The notes: generated by a model from the sequence alone, not told the origin. DNA of 64,000 nucleotides from Methanomassiliicoccaceae archaeon (GCA_040776945.1 JAXGZN010000002.1:832001-896000); one strand, 5' to 3'. Counted from the stretch's first letter, positions 9,893-19,906 are shown. Numbers and translations are program-made.

Positions 9893-10732
9893 ATGCTGCC
9901 AGGACACTGCAAGGACGTGGCGGTCAAGGACGTCGAGTTCCCTCTCACCAAAGAGGACATCGCCCGAGAGATCGTTGGAAAGAAGGCGTATACGAGATGC
10001 GACCACTATGTCCTCAGGAACGGCGGGGCGCTCGCCGTCGTCCGCATATCCAAGGCCGAGGGCAAGGAGCTGTTCCGGCCGATCATCGAGCACGAGGTGA
10101 TCGCCCTGCCCGAAAGCACCGTCTTTATCCGGGACCTGTCGGTCGACGTGCTCAACGCGCCGGCGATGGCGGTGATGGCCCGAAGGTTTCCCGGCAAGAC
10201 GGTAGTGGTCGAGGGGCAGTTCAACCACATATCCTTCGTTCAGCCGGGGGGGATATTGGACCTTGAGGTTCTGGACGTTGTCCCTCCCTCGCCGTCCAAG
10301 CTGTCCGTCCTTGTATCCAGAGCACTGGAGTCCGGCATGGTCGATCTCCCCGTGATCCCGAGCTTCAAGGAGGTGGACCTCAACGAGCTCGTCACGCGGG
10401 TGAGCACCGAGGCCGTTCTGTTCCCCTGCGAATCCTCCGGGCTTAGAACGGAGAAGCCCATGTACTTCCTGGACCAAGTGCCGTCGATCGACAAGGAGAT
10501 CACCTTGATAGGATGCGACCTCTCCGCCCGCATCTACCGCTCGCTGTACCGTCAGGAAGTGCCTCGCATCGAGATGTGTCCCCAGGAACTAGCGCCCGCC
10601 GACGGGAGAAAGCGCCTGGTGAAGTGCTGCAAGGTTCGCAACGGATTCCAGATCAAGGACGGCCTGGCCATCGTGCCATGGGGGGCGACTGTCCAAGAGG
10701 TCGCAGATGCTATAACGGCTCTTTTCTCGTGA
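9893..10732 (+). CDS. conserved hypothetical protein, Cys-rich C-terminal half
   Basis: Host-like codon usage from ATG 9893; LFPC, IGC, MCP, KCC motifs. Confidence 0.75.
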   Translation: MLPGHCKDVAVKDVEFPLTKEDIAREIVGKKAYTRCDHYVLRNGGALAVVRISKAEGKELFRPIIEHEVIALPESTVFIRDLSVDVLNAPAMAVMARRFPGKTVVVEGQFNHISFVQPGGILDLEVLDVVPPSPSKLSVLVSRALESGMVDLPVIPSFKEVDLNELVTRVSTEAVLFPCESSGLRTEKPMYFLDQVPSIDKEITLIGCDLSARIYRSLYRQEVPRIEMCPQELAPADGRKRLVKCCKVRNGFQIKDGLAIVPWGATVQEVADAITALFS

Positions 10733-11168
10733 CCGTCTTGGATAGGCCCCGGGCATGATTGATGGCCCGGAAGGCGTCCTCCTGGCGGCCGAGCTTCGAC
10801 AGCACCTCAGCGACCGCGTACCATGCATCTGCATCCTCTGGCTCATCTATGAGATGCTCCTCCAGAATGCCAAGGGCGGTCTTGAACCTTCCCCGCGCCA
10901 CCTGCTCCCTGGCGCGCTGGTGAACGGTCTTGGACCGCTCGATATGATCGGACATGGTCTCCTTGGCCTCTTTCACCACATCGTCCAGCGCGTATTGGCT
11001 GAGCCATGGATATCTGGCGCTCACGGTCTTCCGGAACGCTTCCTCCTCCTGTGGATCGGTCTCCGCAGTGCCGTCCTTGAACATCCTTCGGGGCACGTTG
11101 ATCTGGAGGTTGCCGTGGTACATCTTGATGAAGTTGGGGTTGTTCTGTGCTCGCGCGGCGCTCTTCAC
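10710..11168 (-). CDS. TPR-containing protein
   Basis: C-terminal PEDADAWYAVAEVLSKLGR TPR motif. Confidence 0.7.
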   Translation of the reverse strand: MKSAARAQNNPNFIKMYHGNLQINVPRRMFKDGTAETDPQEEEAFRKTVSARYPWLSQYALDDVVKEAKETMSDHIERSKTVHQRAREQVARGRFKTALGILEEHLIDEPEDADAWYAVAEVLSKLGRQEDAFRAINHARGLSKTVTRKEPL

Positions 11169-11247
11169 GCCACGTCGTTAAGCGGTCGCCGATAAAACAC
11201 TTTCCTTTCCATGACACGCCTGGAAACGGTCACGCCGAAAAGATATA

Positions 11248-11844
11248 ATGCCGCGCCGTGATTTCGATCCATCGATGACCGCGATCCGCGTGGCCGCTCC
11301 GCTTCTCGCCCTGTCGCTCGCTGCGACCATAGCCCTCGGAACCGCCGGTGCGGACTGGTCCGCGGAGGTCAACTTCACCGGGGACGTCCATGTCAACTTC
11401 AATGAACGCATTCACGTAACGGTGAGGAACACCGGTGCTGGGGACATGATCGTCCGCTCCATTGCCCTCACCATCAACTGGCCGGGAACGCCCACTTGGT
11501 ACGAGGTGTTCGCCGGTTCGGAGACGGTATCAGCCGGCGAGACCAAGGAGTTCGTGAGCGAGCAGCTCAGGATGCCTGACGAGGCGGAGGGCACCTATCC
11601 GAGCTTCGTCACCGTCGTGGCCGCCGGAGCGGATGGGCGAGATGTGCAAAAACAATTTCCCGCCACCATCGACGCCACCAGGTTCACCATCTCCGCCTTT
11701 GGCGTTCCAGAGGAGGTGTTCGTCCCATTCATGGTGACCGTCGTTCCGATGGCGGTGACGCTCCTGTTCTTTCGCCTGGAGCGTTCTGGGGAGTGGCCGT
11801 TCCTCCAGGCGGTCCCAAGGTTCGGTCAAAGGTCCCGGCGGTAG
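11248..11844 (+). CDS. secreted/membrane-anchored Ig-like protein
   Basis: Signal peptide, VTVRNTG beta-sandwich motif, C-terminal transmembrane helix. Confidence 0.65.
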   Translation: MPRRDFDPSMTAIRVAAPLLALSLAATIALGTAGADWSAEVNFTGDVHVNFNERIHVTVRNTGAGDMIVRSIALTINWPGTPTWYEVFAGSETVSAGETKEFVSEQLRMPDEAEGTYPSFVTVVAAGADGRDVQKQFPATIDATRFTISAFGVPEEVFVPFMVTVVPMAVTLLFFRLERSGEWPFLQAVPRFGQRSRR

Positions 11845-12026
11845 TACGCATATGCGGTGTAGGTCGCGAAGAATATGAGCAGCATGAGGCTAAGGCCGGC
11901 GATCGGCCCGTTGCCGAGAGAGATGCCTATGACGAGGGTCGATAAGGATGCCGCGGTGAAAGCGATGAATGCCTTGAGCTCATGGGCCCTCCACCACCAT
12001 AGGCGGGAGGGCCGGTCGCCGGTCAT
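11826..12026 (-). CDS. small two-helix membrane protein
   Basis: Two hydrophobic segments; ATGA-type overlap context. Confidence 0.5.
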   Translation of the reverse strand: MTGDRPSRLWWWRAHELKAFIAFTAASLSTLVIGISLGNGPIAGLSLMLLIFFATYTAYAYYRRDL

Positions 12027-12042
12027 GCTCCCGTTATGAGGC

Positions 12043-12243
12043 TCAGTATTGAATAACTATGCTGCGGCAGTCCCGGCAGCGGAACCCTTCCATGAAGCAG
12101 AAGCCGAGCGCATCGGGCTTCGCCAGCCCCTCGAGGCCCATGCTCTTCGTGCTCCTCTCGGCCATCCATTTGACTCCGCCGATGAAGCTCTCTGAGCGAA
12201 CGAATCCGTGCTCCATCTCCTTGCCGCACTTGGGGCAGTTCAT
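12043..12243 (-). CDS. small zinc-ribbon protein (MxCPxCGxEMExG type)
   Basis: MNCPKCGKEMEHG ... CRDC. Confidence 0.75.
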   Translation of the reverse strand: MNCPKCGKEMEHGFVRSESFIGGVKWMAERSTKSMGLEGLAKPDALGFCFMEGFRCRDCRSIVIQY

Positions 12244-12383
12244 CGGAATACTCCGAGCCCCGAACATAGTGGATGCATATACATATTTCTAACCAAAGAT
12301 AATATTCTGATTTTTTGGACCGTGAGTAAAAACATCGACGGTCATGGAATAATGTTATATTCCGCCCGCCGAATCGGCCCTCC

Positions 12384-13553
12384 ATGGACAATGTGGCGGT
12401 CAGTCCCTTCAACCCGGTGCTCAGGGGCACCAAGGTCATCGTCTATGATTCCACTCTGCGCGATGGGGAGCAGACCCCCGGGGTCGCGTTCTCGCCGGAG
12501 CAGAAAGCGACCATAGCCAGGATGCTGGACGACGCTGGTGTCCATCAGATCGAGGCCGGGTTCCCGGCGGTGTCGGAGAACGAGGTGCGGACCATCAAGG
12601 CCATCGCCGACCTCGGACTCAAGGCCGATATCCTGGGATTGTCCCGGGTGACCAAGGGGGACATCGACGCCGCCGTGGACGCGGGCGTGGACATGGTCCT
12701 GTTGTTCGTTGGGACCTCGGAGATCCATCTCAAGTACAAGATGAAGAAGAGCCGCGAGGAGGTCCTGGCCATGACCGCCGACGCGCTCGATTACTGCCGC
12801 TCCAGGGGGGTCCCGGCATCCGTAAGCGCGGAGGACACCACCCGGACGGACCTGGAGTTCCTCATGCGGTTCTACCGCGAGTCAGAGGCGAACGGCGCGG
12901 TCAGGGTCGGTGTGACCGACACCTTGGGATGCGCCACACCAGAGGCCATCGCCGATCTGGTGACGCGCGCCAGGGGCGAGGTCCGAGTGCCAGTGGCATT
13001 GCATCTCCACAACGATTTCGGCCTGGCGCTGGCGAACGCCATCGCCGGCGTCAAGGCAGGCGCGGCCGCCGTCACCACGACCGTCAACGGCATCGGGGAG
13101 CGTGCCGGTAACGTTCCGCTGGAACAGTTCGCCGTGGCCCTGAAGTACCTTTACAGCCTGGACATAGGCATCGACTGCACCAAGATGAAGGAGCTGTCCG
13201 ACCACATCTGTCGGGCCTCCGGGCTGCACAAGCCGAGGAACCAGCCGCTGGTGGGAACGAACGTCTTCGCCCACGAGTCCGGCATACATGTCGCGGCCAT
13301 CTTGAACTGCCCGATGACCTACGAGTCGATCCCGCCTGAGGCGGTCGGGAACGAAAGGCTGATCATCATGGGCAAGAAGACCGGGGTCAACTATGTCAAG
13401 CGCCGGCTGGAGGAGATGCGGGTGGAGGCCGATGACGAGCAAGCGGCGGAGATATGCAGGCGCATCAAGGAGCTTGGGGAGAAGAAGGGCAGGGTGAGCA
13501 ATGCCGAGTTCATCGACATCGTCGCCCAGGTGGTCCCTAGATCTTCACCTTGA
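12384..13553 (+). CDS. homocitrate/isopropylmalate synthase family (DRE-TIM; AksA/NifV-like)
   Basis: DSTLRDGEQ, HLHNDFGLA, GIGERAGN, HESGIH; no LeuA regulatory domain. Confidence 0.9.
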   Translation: MDNVAVSPFNPVLRGTKVIVYDSTLRDGEQTPGVAFSPEQKATIARMLDDAGVHQIEAGFPAVSENEVRTIKAIADLGLKADILGLSRVTKGDIDAAVDAGVDMVLLFVGTSEIHLKYKMKKSREEVLAMTADALDYCRSRGVPASVSAEDTTRTDLEFLMRFYRESEANGAVRVGVTDTLGCATPEAIADLVTRARGEVRVPVALHLHNDFGLALANAIAGVKAGAAAVTTTVNGIGERAGNVPLEQFAVALKYLYSLDIGIDCTKMKELSDHICRASGLHKPRNQPLVGTNVFAHESGIHVAAILNCPMTYESIPPEAVGNERLIIMGKKTGVNYVKRRLEEMRVEADDEQAAEICRRIKELGEKKGRVSNAEFIDIVAQVVPRSSP

Positions 13554-14307
13554 GCCCGGCATCGTCCCTTTTGCACTTGCCGAACTCGGTCATCCTCGAT
13601 ATCTGTTCCCCGGTGAATATCGGGCCTTCGACGCAGACCCTGAGGCCGTCGATCACGCAGGAGCCGCAGAGGCCGGTGCCGCACTTCATGATGCGCTCCA
13701 GAGACAGCTGGCAGGGCACCTTGTTCTCGTTGCAGGCCTTCAGCAGGTACTTGTTCATGATCTCGGGGCCGCATCCCAGGACCATGTCGTACCGCTTCTC
13801 GCGCATCATAGCGTCCGCAAGGCTGACCACCGTGCCCTTGATGCCGTAGCTTCCGTCGTCGGTGGAAACCCTCACATCGTCCGATGCTTTCCTGGCCCGC
13901 TCCTCGAAGATTATCTCACCGGCATCGCGCGCACCGATGGCCACGTCCACCCTGCTGCGGTCGTTGACGGCTTCGACCGCGGTCATGATCGGGGACATGC
14001 CTACCCCTCCTCCGACCGCGAGGATGCGCCGGGGAGTAAGGTCCCAGCTGTTGCCATACGGACCCCTTAGCCCGACAAGGTCGCCCACGTTGAGGGCCGA
14101 CAGAGCCTTGGTGGCCTGCCCCACCTCCTTCACTGTGATGCTCGCCACTCCGCTGATGTGGGACAGGGCCATGGGAATCTCGTCCACCCCGGGTATCCAT
14201 ACCATGACTATCTGCCCCGCCTTAGCCTCCATCGGCCGGTCGAACAGCAGGGTGGTGATCCCCCTGCCGGAACGGATGCGCTCAGTGATCCTGGCCTCAA
14301 TGAACAT
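13537..14307 (-). CDS. pyrK: dihydroorotate dehydrogenase electron transfer subunit
   Basis: RGPYGN, GGGVG, CGPEIM, ERIMKCGTGLCGSC, CVEGPIF. Confidence 0.93.
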   Translation of the reverse strand: MFIEARITERIRSGRGITTLLFDRPMEAKAGQIVMVWIPGVDEIPMALSHISGVASITVKEVGQATKALSALNVGDLVGLRGPYGNSWDLTPRRILAVGGGVGMSPIMTAVEAVNDRSRVDVAIGARDAGEIIFEERARKASDDVRVSTDDGSYGIKGTVVSLADAMMREKRYDMVLGCGPEIMNKYLLKACNENKVPCQLSLERIMKCGTGLCGSCVIDGLRVCVEGPIFTGEQISRMTEFGKCKRDDAGLKVKI

Positions 14308-15208
14308 GCGCCGCCCCCACGATCTCGCTGAGCCTGTTGAGCCCATTGGCGGCCATGTGCTCCGCTAACCCGTCGCAGATCTCCCTGAACACCTTGAGGC
14401 CTCTCCTGCCGACGGCGCTGCCGACCTGCACCGCGGTGGCGCCGGCCATCATGTACTCCAGGACGTCCCTCGAGCTCTCGATGCCTCCCACTCCCACGAT
14501 GGGCAGCTTGACGGCCTCGTGGAGCTCGTAGACGCAACGCAGGCCGATGGGCTTGATCGCCGGGCCGGAGAGACCCCCGGTCGTGTTATGCAGTATGGGC
14601 CTTCGAGCCTCCACCGATATTGCCATGGCCTTGACGGTGTTGATCGCCACGATGGCGTCCCCGCCGGCCGCCTCCACAGCCCGGGCGACGTCCAGCAGGC
14701 GGTGCGTGTTGGGCGTCAGCTTGGCCATTACCGGGACGCGCACCGCGTCCTTGACCGAGGAGACGATCGCGTGCACCGCGTCGGGATCGATGCCGACCTC
14801 CATTCCGTATCCTTTGGCATGCGGGCAGCTCAGGTTGAGCTCGATGGCCGCGGCGCCGTAGCTCTCCATCTTGATTGCGAGCGAGGCGAAGTCCTCAGGG
14901 ATGGCGGCGAATAGACTTCCGATGACCGGCACGCCGCTCTTTGTTGCGATCTCCATCTCCTCGGCGAAGGCCTCGATCCCCGGTCCAGGGAGGCCCATGG
15001 CGTTGATGTACCCGTCAGGCAGTTCCACCAGCGTGGGGTTCGGATATCCTTTACGGGGCTCGAGGCCGATGGACTTCGTGACCAGTCCCCCGGCCCCCGC
15101 CACCGCCACCCGGAGCAGGGAGTCCCCGGTCTCTCCCATGACGCCTGAGGCCAGCAGCGTAGGGTTGCGGAGCTTGATCCCCGCGAGGTCAACTTCGAGT
15201 GCGGTCAT
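14297..15208 (-). CDS. pyrD: dihydroorotate dehydrogenase, catalytic subunit
   Basis: NAMGL, ELNLSCPH, KLTPN, GGLSGPAIKP, VGVGGI. Confidence 0.95.
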   Translation of the reverse strand: MTALEVDLAGIKLRNPTLLASGVMGETGDSLLRVAVAGAGGLVTKSIGLEPRKGYPNPTLVELPDGYINAMGLPGPGIEAFAEEMEIATKSGVPVIGSLFAAIPEDFASLAIKMESYGAAAIELNLSCPHAKGYGMEVGIDPDAVHAIVSSVKDAVRVPVMAKLTPNTHRLLDVARAVEAAGGDAIVAINTVKAMAISVEARRPILHNTTGGLSGPAIKPIGLRCVYELHEAVKLPIVGVGGIESSRDVLEYMMAGATAVQVGSAVGRRGLKVFREICDGLAEHMAANGLNRLSEIVGAAHVH

Positions 15209-15359
15209 CACGTGCTCCGATGGAACATCGGAATGTAAAGCCTTCGCTGAGCAGATGTCAGCGGACCGACCTCTTTAAGAATGGGCGGGCGTGAGAAAGA
15301 GAAAGAAGTGATTTCAGGAAAAGGGAGAGGCTGAGAGGCCTCGCCATAGCATAGAGACT

Positions 15360-16982
15360 TCACCTCTTTGGCGGCGATTCCTCTATATGGATAGGCGAGT
15401 CCGCGTCCGACTCGCAGGTGTCGTGCTCGTGTGGCCTCTTGGCGTCCGGGGGCAGGGGCGGCTCGCGGCCGACCTTGCGCAGATAGTCGTGAATGGCCTC
15501 GTGCAGCGCGTCGGCCGCCAGGTTGGAGCAGTGCATCTTCTGCGGCGGCAACCCGCCGAGGTTGTCGGCGACGTCCTTCCTGGTGATCTTCAGTCCCTCC
15601 TCGAGGGTCTTGCCCTTCGCCAGGTCGGTGACCATGCTGCTGGTGGCGATGGCCGCCCCGCACCCGAAGGTCTTGAACTTGACGTCGATCATGATGTCGT
15701 CCTTGACCGAAATGTATATATACATCATATCTCCACAGTTGTGAGTCGTAAAGGAATCAGTCACAAAGGAATGTTGCCCTGCAATCTCAAAATTGTAGAC
15801 CTTGCCTGTGAAATACTTTGTTTCGATCGATGTGATGGGGGTATAAAGATAGCCATCTTCAATCCAAGAATGGTCTTTTTGTCCTCCGGCTAAGGCACAA
15901 TCCATCTCTAATATTGCACAAAGCTTTTTCAGAGAGCTGCGGTCCCCTACATGTATGCGGTATGCCTCACTGTGGGAAATGCCCTCCATGAGCGAACCTT
16001 TCTCCTTATATACTGAGGGGATTATCCCTTGCCTAAGAAGAAGAGTCTTGATCTGACCAGCTAACTGTTCGGATATTGTTACGTAGCCCCCCCGGGAGCC
16101 TTTCCTTTCAAGATTGATATATCCATCTCCCCTCCATAGTCCCTTGAGCAGGTGTGTCTGCTTCTCGGGCGGCAGGAACAGCAAAAAATCAGGGATATGC
16201 TTATTCGCTGCCCCACTACCAAATAACGATTCGAAGAACCTTGCTAGCTTGGGTTTATATGTATTCACGCATGCAACATTCTGGTGGTCACGGGGGGTTA
16301 TCGAAGCCTCGATTCCAAACAATGAGCGAATACAGTTCTGAACATCTTGATGATATTCGCTCTCATCAAGGTTGAAAGAGAAGCAAAGATGTCCTCTTCC
16401 ACCCACAGTAACAGTGTTCCCCTCAGACAGATAGTAGCCAGCAAGCCTCAGGAAATCCTCATTTATCTTGATACGTTCGGGCAGAGCGTACCTGTCTTCA
16501 GCGGTGGTTCTTAGGTCAAGAGGCATTTCGAAGAACTCCTGGTCCTTGGTCACCTTCAGGATGGGATAGACGGCGATGTCCCGGCGTCCCAGGTCGCTGA
16601 CGTGGTGCCATTCGGGCCTGAGCTTCTTCTTGTGCCTGGTGTAGTTGTACTTGTGCTGCTCCGGCCTCTTGACCGCGAGCACGAGGTGCTCCGGGGTCAT
16701 CTCCACCGTGCCTAGTTTGTTCTTGAGCCGGACGATCGGGCCGCTGTAGTCGCGCACCGAGCGCTGCTCGACGGTCGAGTACACCCCCTCGTGGGTCAGG
16801 ACCCTCTCCTTGACCGGAACGTCCTCGATGCGTTGATAGTGATTGTTCAGCTGGACCAGCGTTCCGCTGACCAGGCACACTGGGTTCCCGACCTGCCCGA
16901 TCCCATCAGCGTCGGGTATCTCTCCCACATTATGGGGGTTCGTGAAATGCTCCATGACCTTCTCAGTGTACGGTGGCGACAT
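15360..16982 (-). CDS. iscU: Fe-S scaffold IscU/NifU interrupted by an intein
   Basis: Exteins: YTEKVMEHFTNPHNVG..GNPV | CGDMM..FKTFGCGAAIA..LPPQKMHCSNLA. Lies downstream of iscS. Confidence 0.95.
   Translation of the reverse strand: MSPPYTEKVMEHFTNPHNVGEIPDADGIGQVGNPVCLVSGTLVQLNNHYQRIEDVPVKERVLTHEGVYSTVEQRSVRDYSGPIVRLKNKLGTVEMTPEHLVLAVKRPEQHKYNYTRHKKKLRPEWHHVSDLGRRDIAVYPILKVTKDQEFFEMPLDLRTTAEDRYALPERIKINEDFLRLAGYYLSEGNTVTVGGRGHLCFSFNLDESEYHQDVQNCIRSLFGIEASITPRDHQNVACVNTYKPKLARFFESLFGSGAANKHIPDFLLFLPPEKQTHLLKGLWRGDGYINLERKGSRGGYVTISEQLAGQIKTLLLRQGIIPSVYKEKGSLMEGISHSEAYRIHVGDRSSLKKLCAILEMDCALAGGQKDHSWIEDGYLYTPITSIETKYFTGKVYNFEIAGQHSFVTDSFTTHNCGDMMYIYISVKDDIMIDVKFKTFGCGAAIATSSMVTDLAKGKTLEEGLKITRKDVADNLGGLPPQKMHCSNLAADALHEAIHDYLRKVGREPPLPPDAKRPHEHDTCESDADSPIHIEESPPKR
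15738..16877 (-). mobile_element. 380-aa intein with LAGLIDADG homing endonuclease
   Basis: Block A CLVSGT, block B TPEH, LAGYYLSEG and LKGLWRGDG motifs, block F VYNFEI, terminal HN followed by Cys+1. Confidence 0.95.
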
Positions 16983-18153
16983 TGTAGTCCACTCCCTCCC
17001 TCAGCGGTGACATCTTCCTCAGGTTCTCTACTATCGGCCCGATGGTGGTGATGAACCTTTCGGCTTCATCCATAGTATTGAACTTGCTCAGCGACAGGCG
17101 CAGCGATCCATGGCACTGCTCGTGCCTCAGACCGAGGCTGCGCAGCACGTGCGAAGGCTCAAGGCTCTTGGTCGAGCAAGCCGAGCCGGTGGAGGCGGCG
17201 AAGCCCTTCATGTCCAGGTGCAGGATCATGCCCTCGCCCTCGATGTAATCGAACCGGAAGTGGGCGTTGTTGCACAGGCGCTTCTCGCCCCGAGGTCCGT
17301 TGAGATAGGAGCGAGGGACCGAGGCAAGCGTTCCCTCTATGAGCCTGTCGCGTATGCGGGACATATTGGCCACGCTTTCCTCCATCTCAGCCATCCCGAT
17401 CTCGAGCGCCTTTCCCAGGCCAACTAGCCCGGGGACGTTCTCCGTAGAGGACCGGAGCCCTCGCTCGTGTCCTCCTCCGTAGATCAACGGCCGCAGCTTC
17501 ACCCCCTTCCGGATGAACAGAGCGCCCACGCCTTTAGGACCGTGGGCCTTGTGCGCCGATAGCGAGAGCATGTCGACCTTGAGCTTGGACAGGTCGATCG
17601 GGACCTTGGTGATCGCCTGGACGGCATCTGTATGGAACAACGCCCCGCCCTCTTTGGCAACCTCTGCGAGCTCCCTGATGGGCTGAATGGAGCCGATCTC
17701 GTTGTTCGCTGCCATGATCGAGACCAGCGTCGTCTCCTTGGTCAAGGACTCCTTGAGATCCTCGATGGACACCAGGCCTTCGGCATCTACCGGAAGGTAG
17801 GTGACCTGGAACCCCTGGGTCTCCAGGAACTGGCAGGTGTGCAGTATGGCGTGATGCTCAACCATAGAGGTGATGATGTGACGGCCTCTGGACGCAAGAG
17901 CGTACGCGGCCCCCTGCAGTGCCAGATTGTCGGATTCCGTGCCGCCGGACGTGAAGATTATGTCCCTTGGCGAGGCCCCCAGGGCCTTGGCGGTCCGCTC
18001 CCTGGCTAGCTCCATAGCATCGTAGGCGTCCCGGCCGAAGGAGTGAAGGGAGGATGCGTTGCCATAGCGTTCAGTGAAGTATGGCAGCATCTCCTCCAGG
18101 ACCCGGGGGTCCACCTTAGTGGTGGCGCTGTTATCGAAATAGACCTTGTCCAT
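16963..18153 (-). CDS. iscS: cysteine desulfurase IscS/NifS
   Basis: YFDNSATT, FTSGGTES, HTDAVQ, SAHKAHGPKG, STGSAC. Confidence 0.95.
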   Translation of the reverse strand: MDKVYFDNSATTKVDPRVLEEMLPYFTERYGNASSLHSFGRDAYDAMELARERTAKALGASPRDIIFTSGGTESDNLALQGAAYALASRGRHIITSMVEHHAILHTCQFLETQGFQVTYLPVDAEGLVSIEDLKESLTKETTLVSIMAANNEIGSIQPIRELAEVAKEGGALFHTDAVQAITKVPIDLSKLKVDMLSLSAHKAHGPKGVGALFIRKGVKLRPLIYGGGHERGLRSSTENVPGLVGLGKALEIGMAEMEESVANMSRIRDRLIEGTLASVPRSYLNGPRGEKRLCNNAHFRFDYIEGEGMILHLDMKGFAASTGSACSTKSLEPSHVLRSLGLRHEQCHGSLRLSLSKFNTMDEAERFITTIGPIVENLRKMSPLREGVDYNVATVH

Positions 18154-18326
18154 CTGCTCACCTTTCAACCTCGAGGACATATATCGGATGGATATAAATA
18201 ACAATAGTTAAATCCATTCCGGATGCCCTCATACAAGATGGACCACGGTGCTGGTGGATAAAAAGGGTTTTCCTTCCGGGAGCGGCACAGGCTGAAATAT
18301 GCGGAAGCGGAATACGAGGGCTGCCC

Positions 18327-19538
18327 ATGGACGTCGAACGGTTGCGCATGGACTTTCCGCTGTACTTAGGTCCGGAGCGGGACCTCATCTATCTGGATAA
18401 TGCCTGTCAGTCGATGAGGCCCAAGCAGGTAATAGACGCTATCTCCGAATACTACACTGATTATCCGGCGTGCGGGGGTCGATCCGTTCATCGGCTCGCC
18501 ACCAGGGTGGCCGTGAAGATCGAGGAGGCCCGTGAGAAGATAGCGGGGTTCATCGGCTGTTCGGACCCATCGTGCATCGTCTTTACCAAGAACTGCACGG
18601 AAGCGATCAATTTGGTGGCAAAGGGGTTTCCATTCCGCAGAGGGGCGGCCGTGCTTACAACGGACATGGAGCACAACAGCAATCATGTCCCCTGGCTCCA
18701 GCTCCAGGCAGATGGAAAGATCAGACATCGGACGGTTAGGACCCCGCCCTCCGGGCTCTTCGACCTTGAGGCGTACGAGGAGGAGCTGGCCGAAGGAGCG
18801 GACATGGTCTCGATGGTCCACACCAACAACGTCACGGGGACCACTTTGCCGGCGAAGGAGGTGATAGAGGCCGCTCACGACCGTAAGGCATTGGTCATGC
18901 TCGACGGAGCGCAGTCGACCCCGCATCAGCCCATAGATGTGGGCCGTCTCGACGTAGATGCGTTCTGCTTCTCGGCCCACAAGATGCTTGGCCCATCGGG
19001 GGTTGGCGTTCTGTACGCGAAGATGGAGGTGCTGGAGAAGATGCAGCCCTTGCTCGCAGGCGGAGGCAGCGTAGGCATGACCGATTACGAGAGCGTGGAG
19101 TTCCTGCCGCCTCCAGAGAAGTTCGAGGCCGGCCTGCTGAACTACTCCGGGGTGATCGGTACAGCTGCCGCTGTGGACTATCTCCAGGCCATAGGAATGG
19201 ATGAGGTGGCGGAGCACGATAAACGCTTGAACCGCTTTGTTACCGATGAGGTGAAGGGCATGGACCGGGTTACTTTGCTAGGCCCAGAGGACCCCGCGCT
19301 CCGCGACGGTCTTTTCTCTTTTAACGTCAGGGGGATGACGTCTCACGATGTAGCGATGATCATCGATGAGATCGCCAAGGTGCAGATACGTTCGGGCATG
19401 CACTGCATGCACCCGTTCTTCCGCTCCCGAGGTCTCGACGGATGCGCCCGGGCATCGTTCTACCTATACAATACAGAGGCCGAGTGCCGGAGATTCGTAG
19501 AGGCCCTGGCTCACATAGTGGATATCTTCTCCAGCTGA
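18327..19538 (+). CDS. group II cysteine desulfurase (SufS/CsdA-like)
   Basis: YLDNA, EHNSN, DGAQS, SAHKMLGPSG, RSGMHC. Confidence 0.88.
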   Translation: MDVERLRMDFPLYLGPERDLIYLDNACQSMRPKQVIDAISEYYTDYPACGGRSVHRLATRVAVKIEEAREKIAGFIGCSDPSCIVFTKNCTEAINLVAKGFPFRRGAAVLTTDMEHNSNHVPWLQLQADGKIRHRTVRTPPSGLFDLEAYEEELAEGADMVSMVHTNNVTGTTLPAKEVIEAAHDRKALVMLDGAQSTPHQPIDVGRLDVDAFCFSAHKMLGPSGVGVLYAKMEVLEKMQPLLAGGGSVGMTDYESVEFLPPPEKFEAGLLNYSGVIGTAAAVDYLQAIGMDEVAEHDKRLNRFVTDEVKGMDRVTLLGPEDPALRDGLFSFNVRGMTSHDVAMIIDEIAKVQIRSGMHCMHPFFRSRGLDGCARASFYLYNTEAECRRFVEALAHIVDIFSS

Positions 19539-19906
19539 ACCTCTCCGCTTACCGATCGGACCATCAGGGCATCTCCCGGGCCGACCTCCATTGTTCCAAC
19601 CTCTCTCCCGCCCTCGATCAGTGTGACCAGGTCATGGAACGTAACTGCCCCTCCCGCATGGACCCCCCAACGTTCGAACGTCCATGGACCGTGGCCTCTC
19701 ATCATCTCCCGCATCTCCACCTTCAGGTCGGCGGTGGCACCGCTCCTCTGGAGATCGGAGACCATCGAAGATAGGGCAGAGGCCCCTTCGTGGTCCATAC
19801 CCCGCTCTATGCTCCCGTTGAGGCCGGCGAAGGAGGTCATGATCGCCGCCATCACCACCAGCCCAGCGATGATGGCCCACACCCGGGACAGGACGAACTC
19901 CATCAT
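19511..19906 (-). CDS. pilin-like/membrane-anchored hypothetical protein
   Basis: N-terminal hydrophobic helix; last gene of a pilin-like cluster. Confidence 0.55.
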   Translation of the reverse strand: MMEFVLSRVWAIIAGLVVMAAIMTSFAGLNGSIERGMDHEGASALSSMVSDLQRSGATADLKVEMREMMRGHGPWTFERWGVHAGGAVTFHDLVTLIEGGREVGTMEVGPGDALMVRSVSGEVQLEKISTM

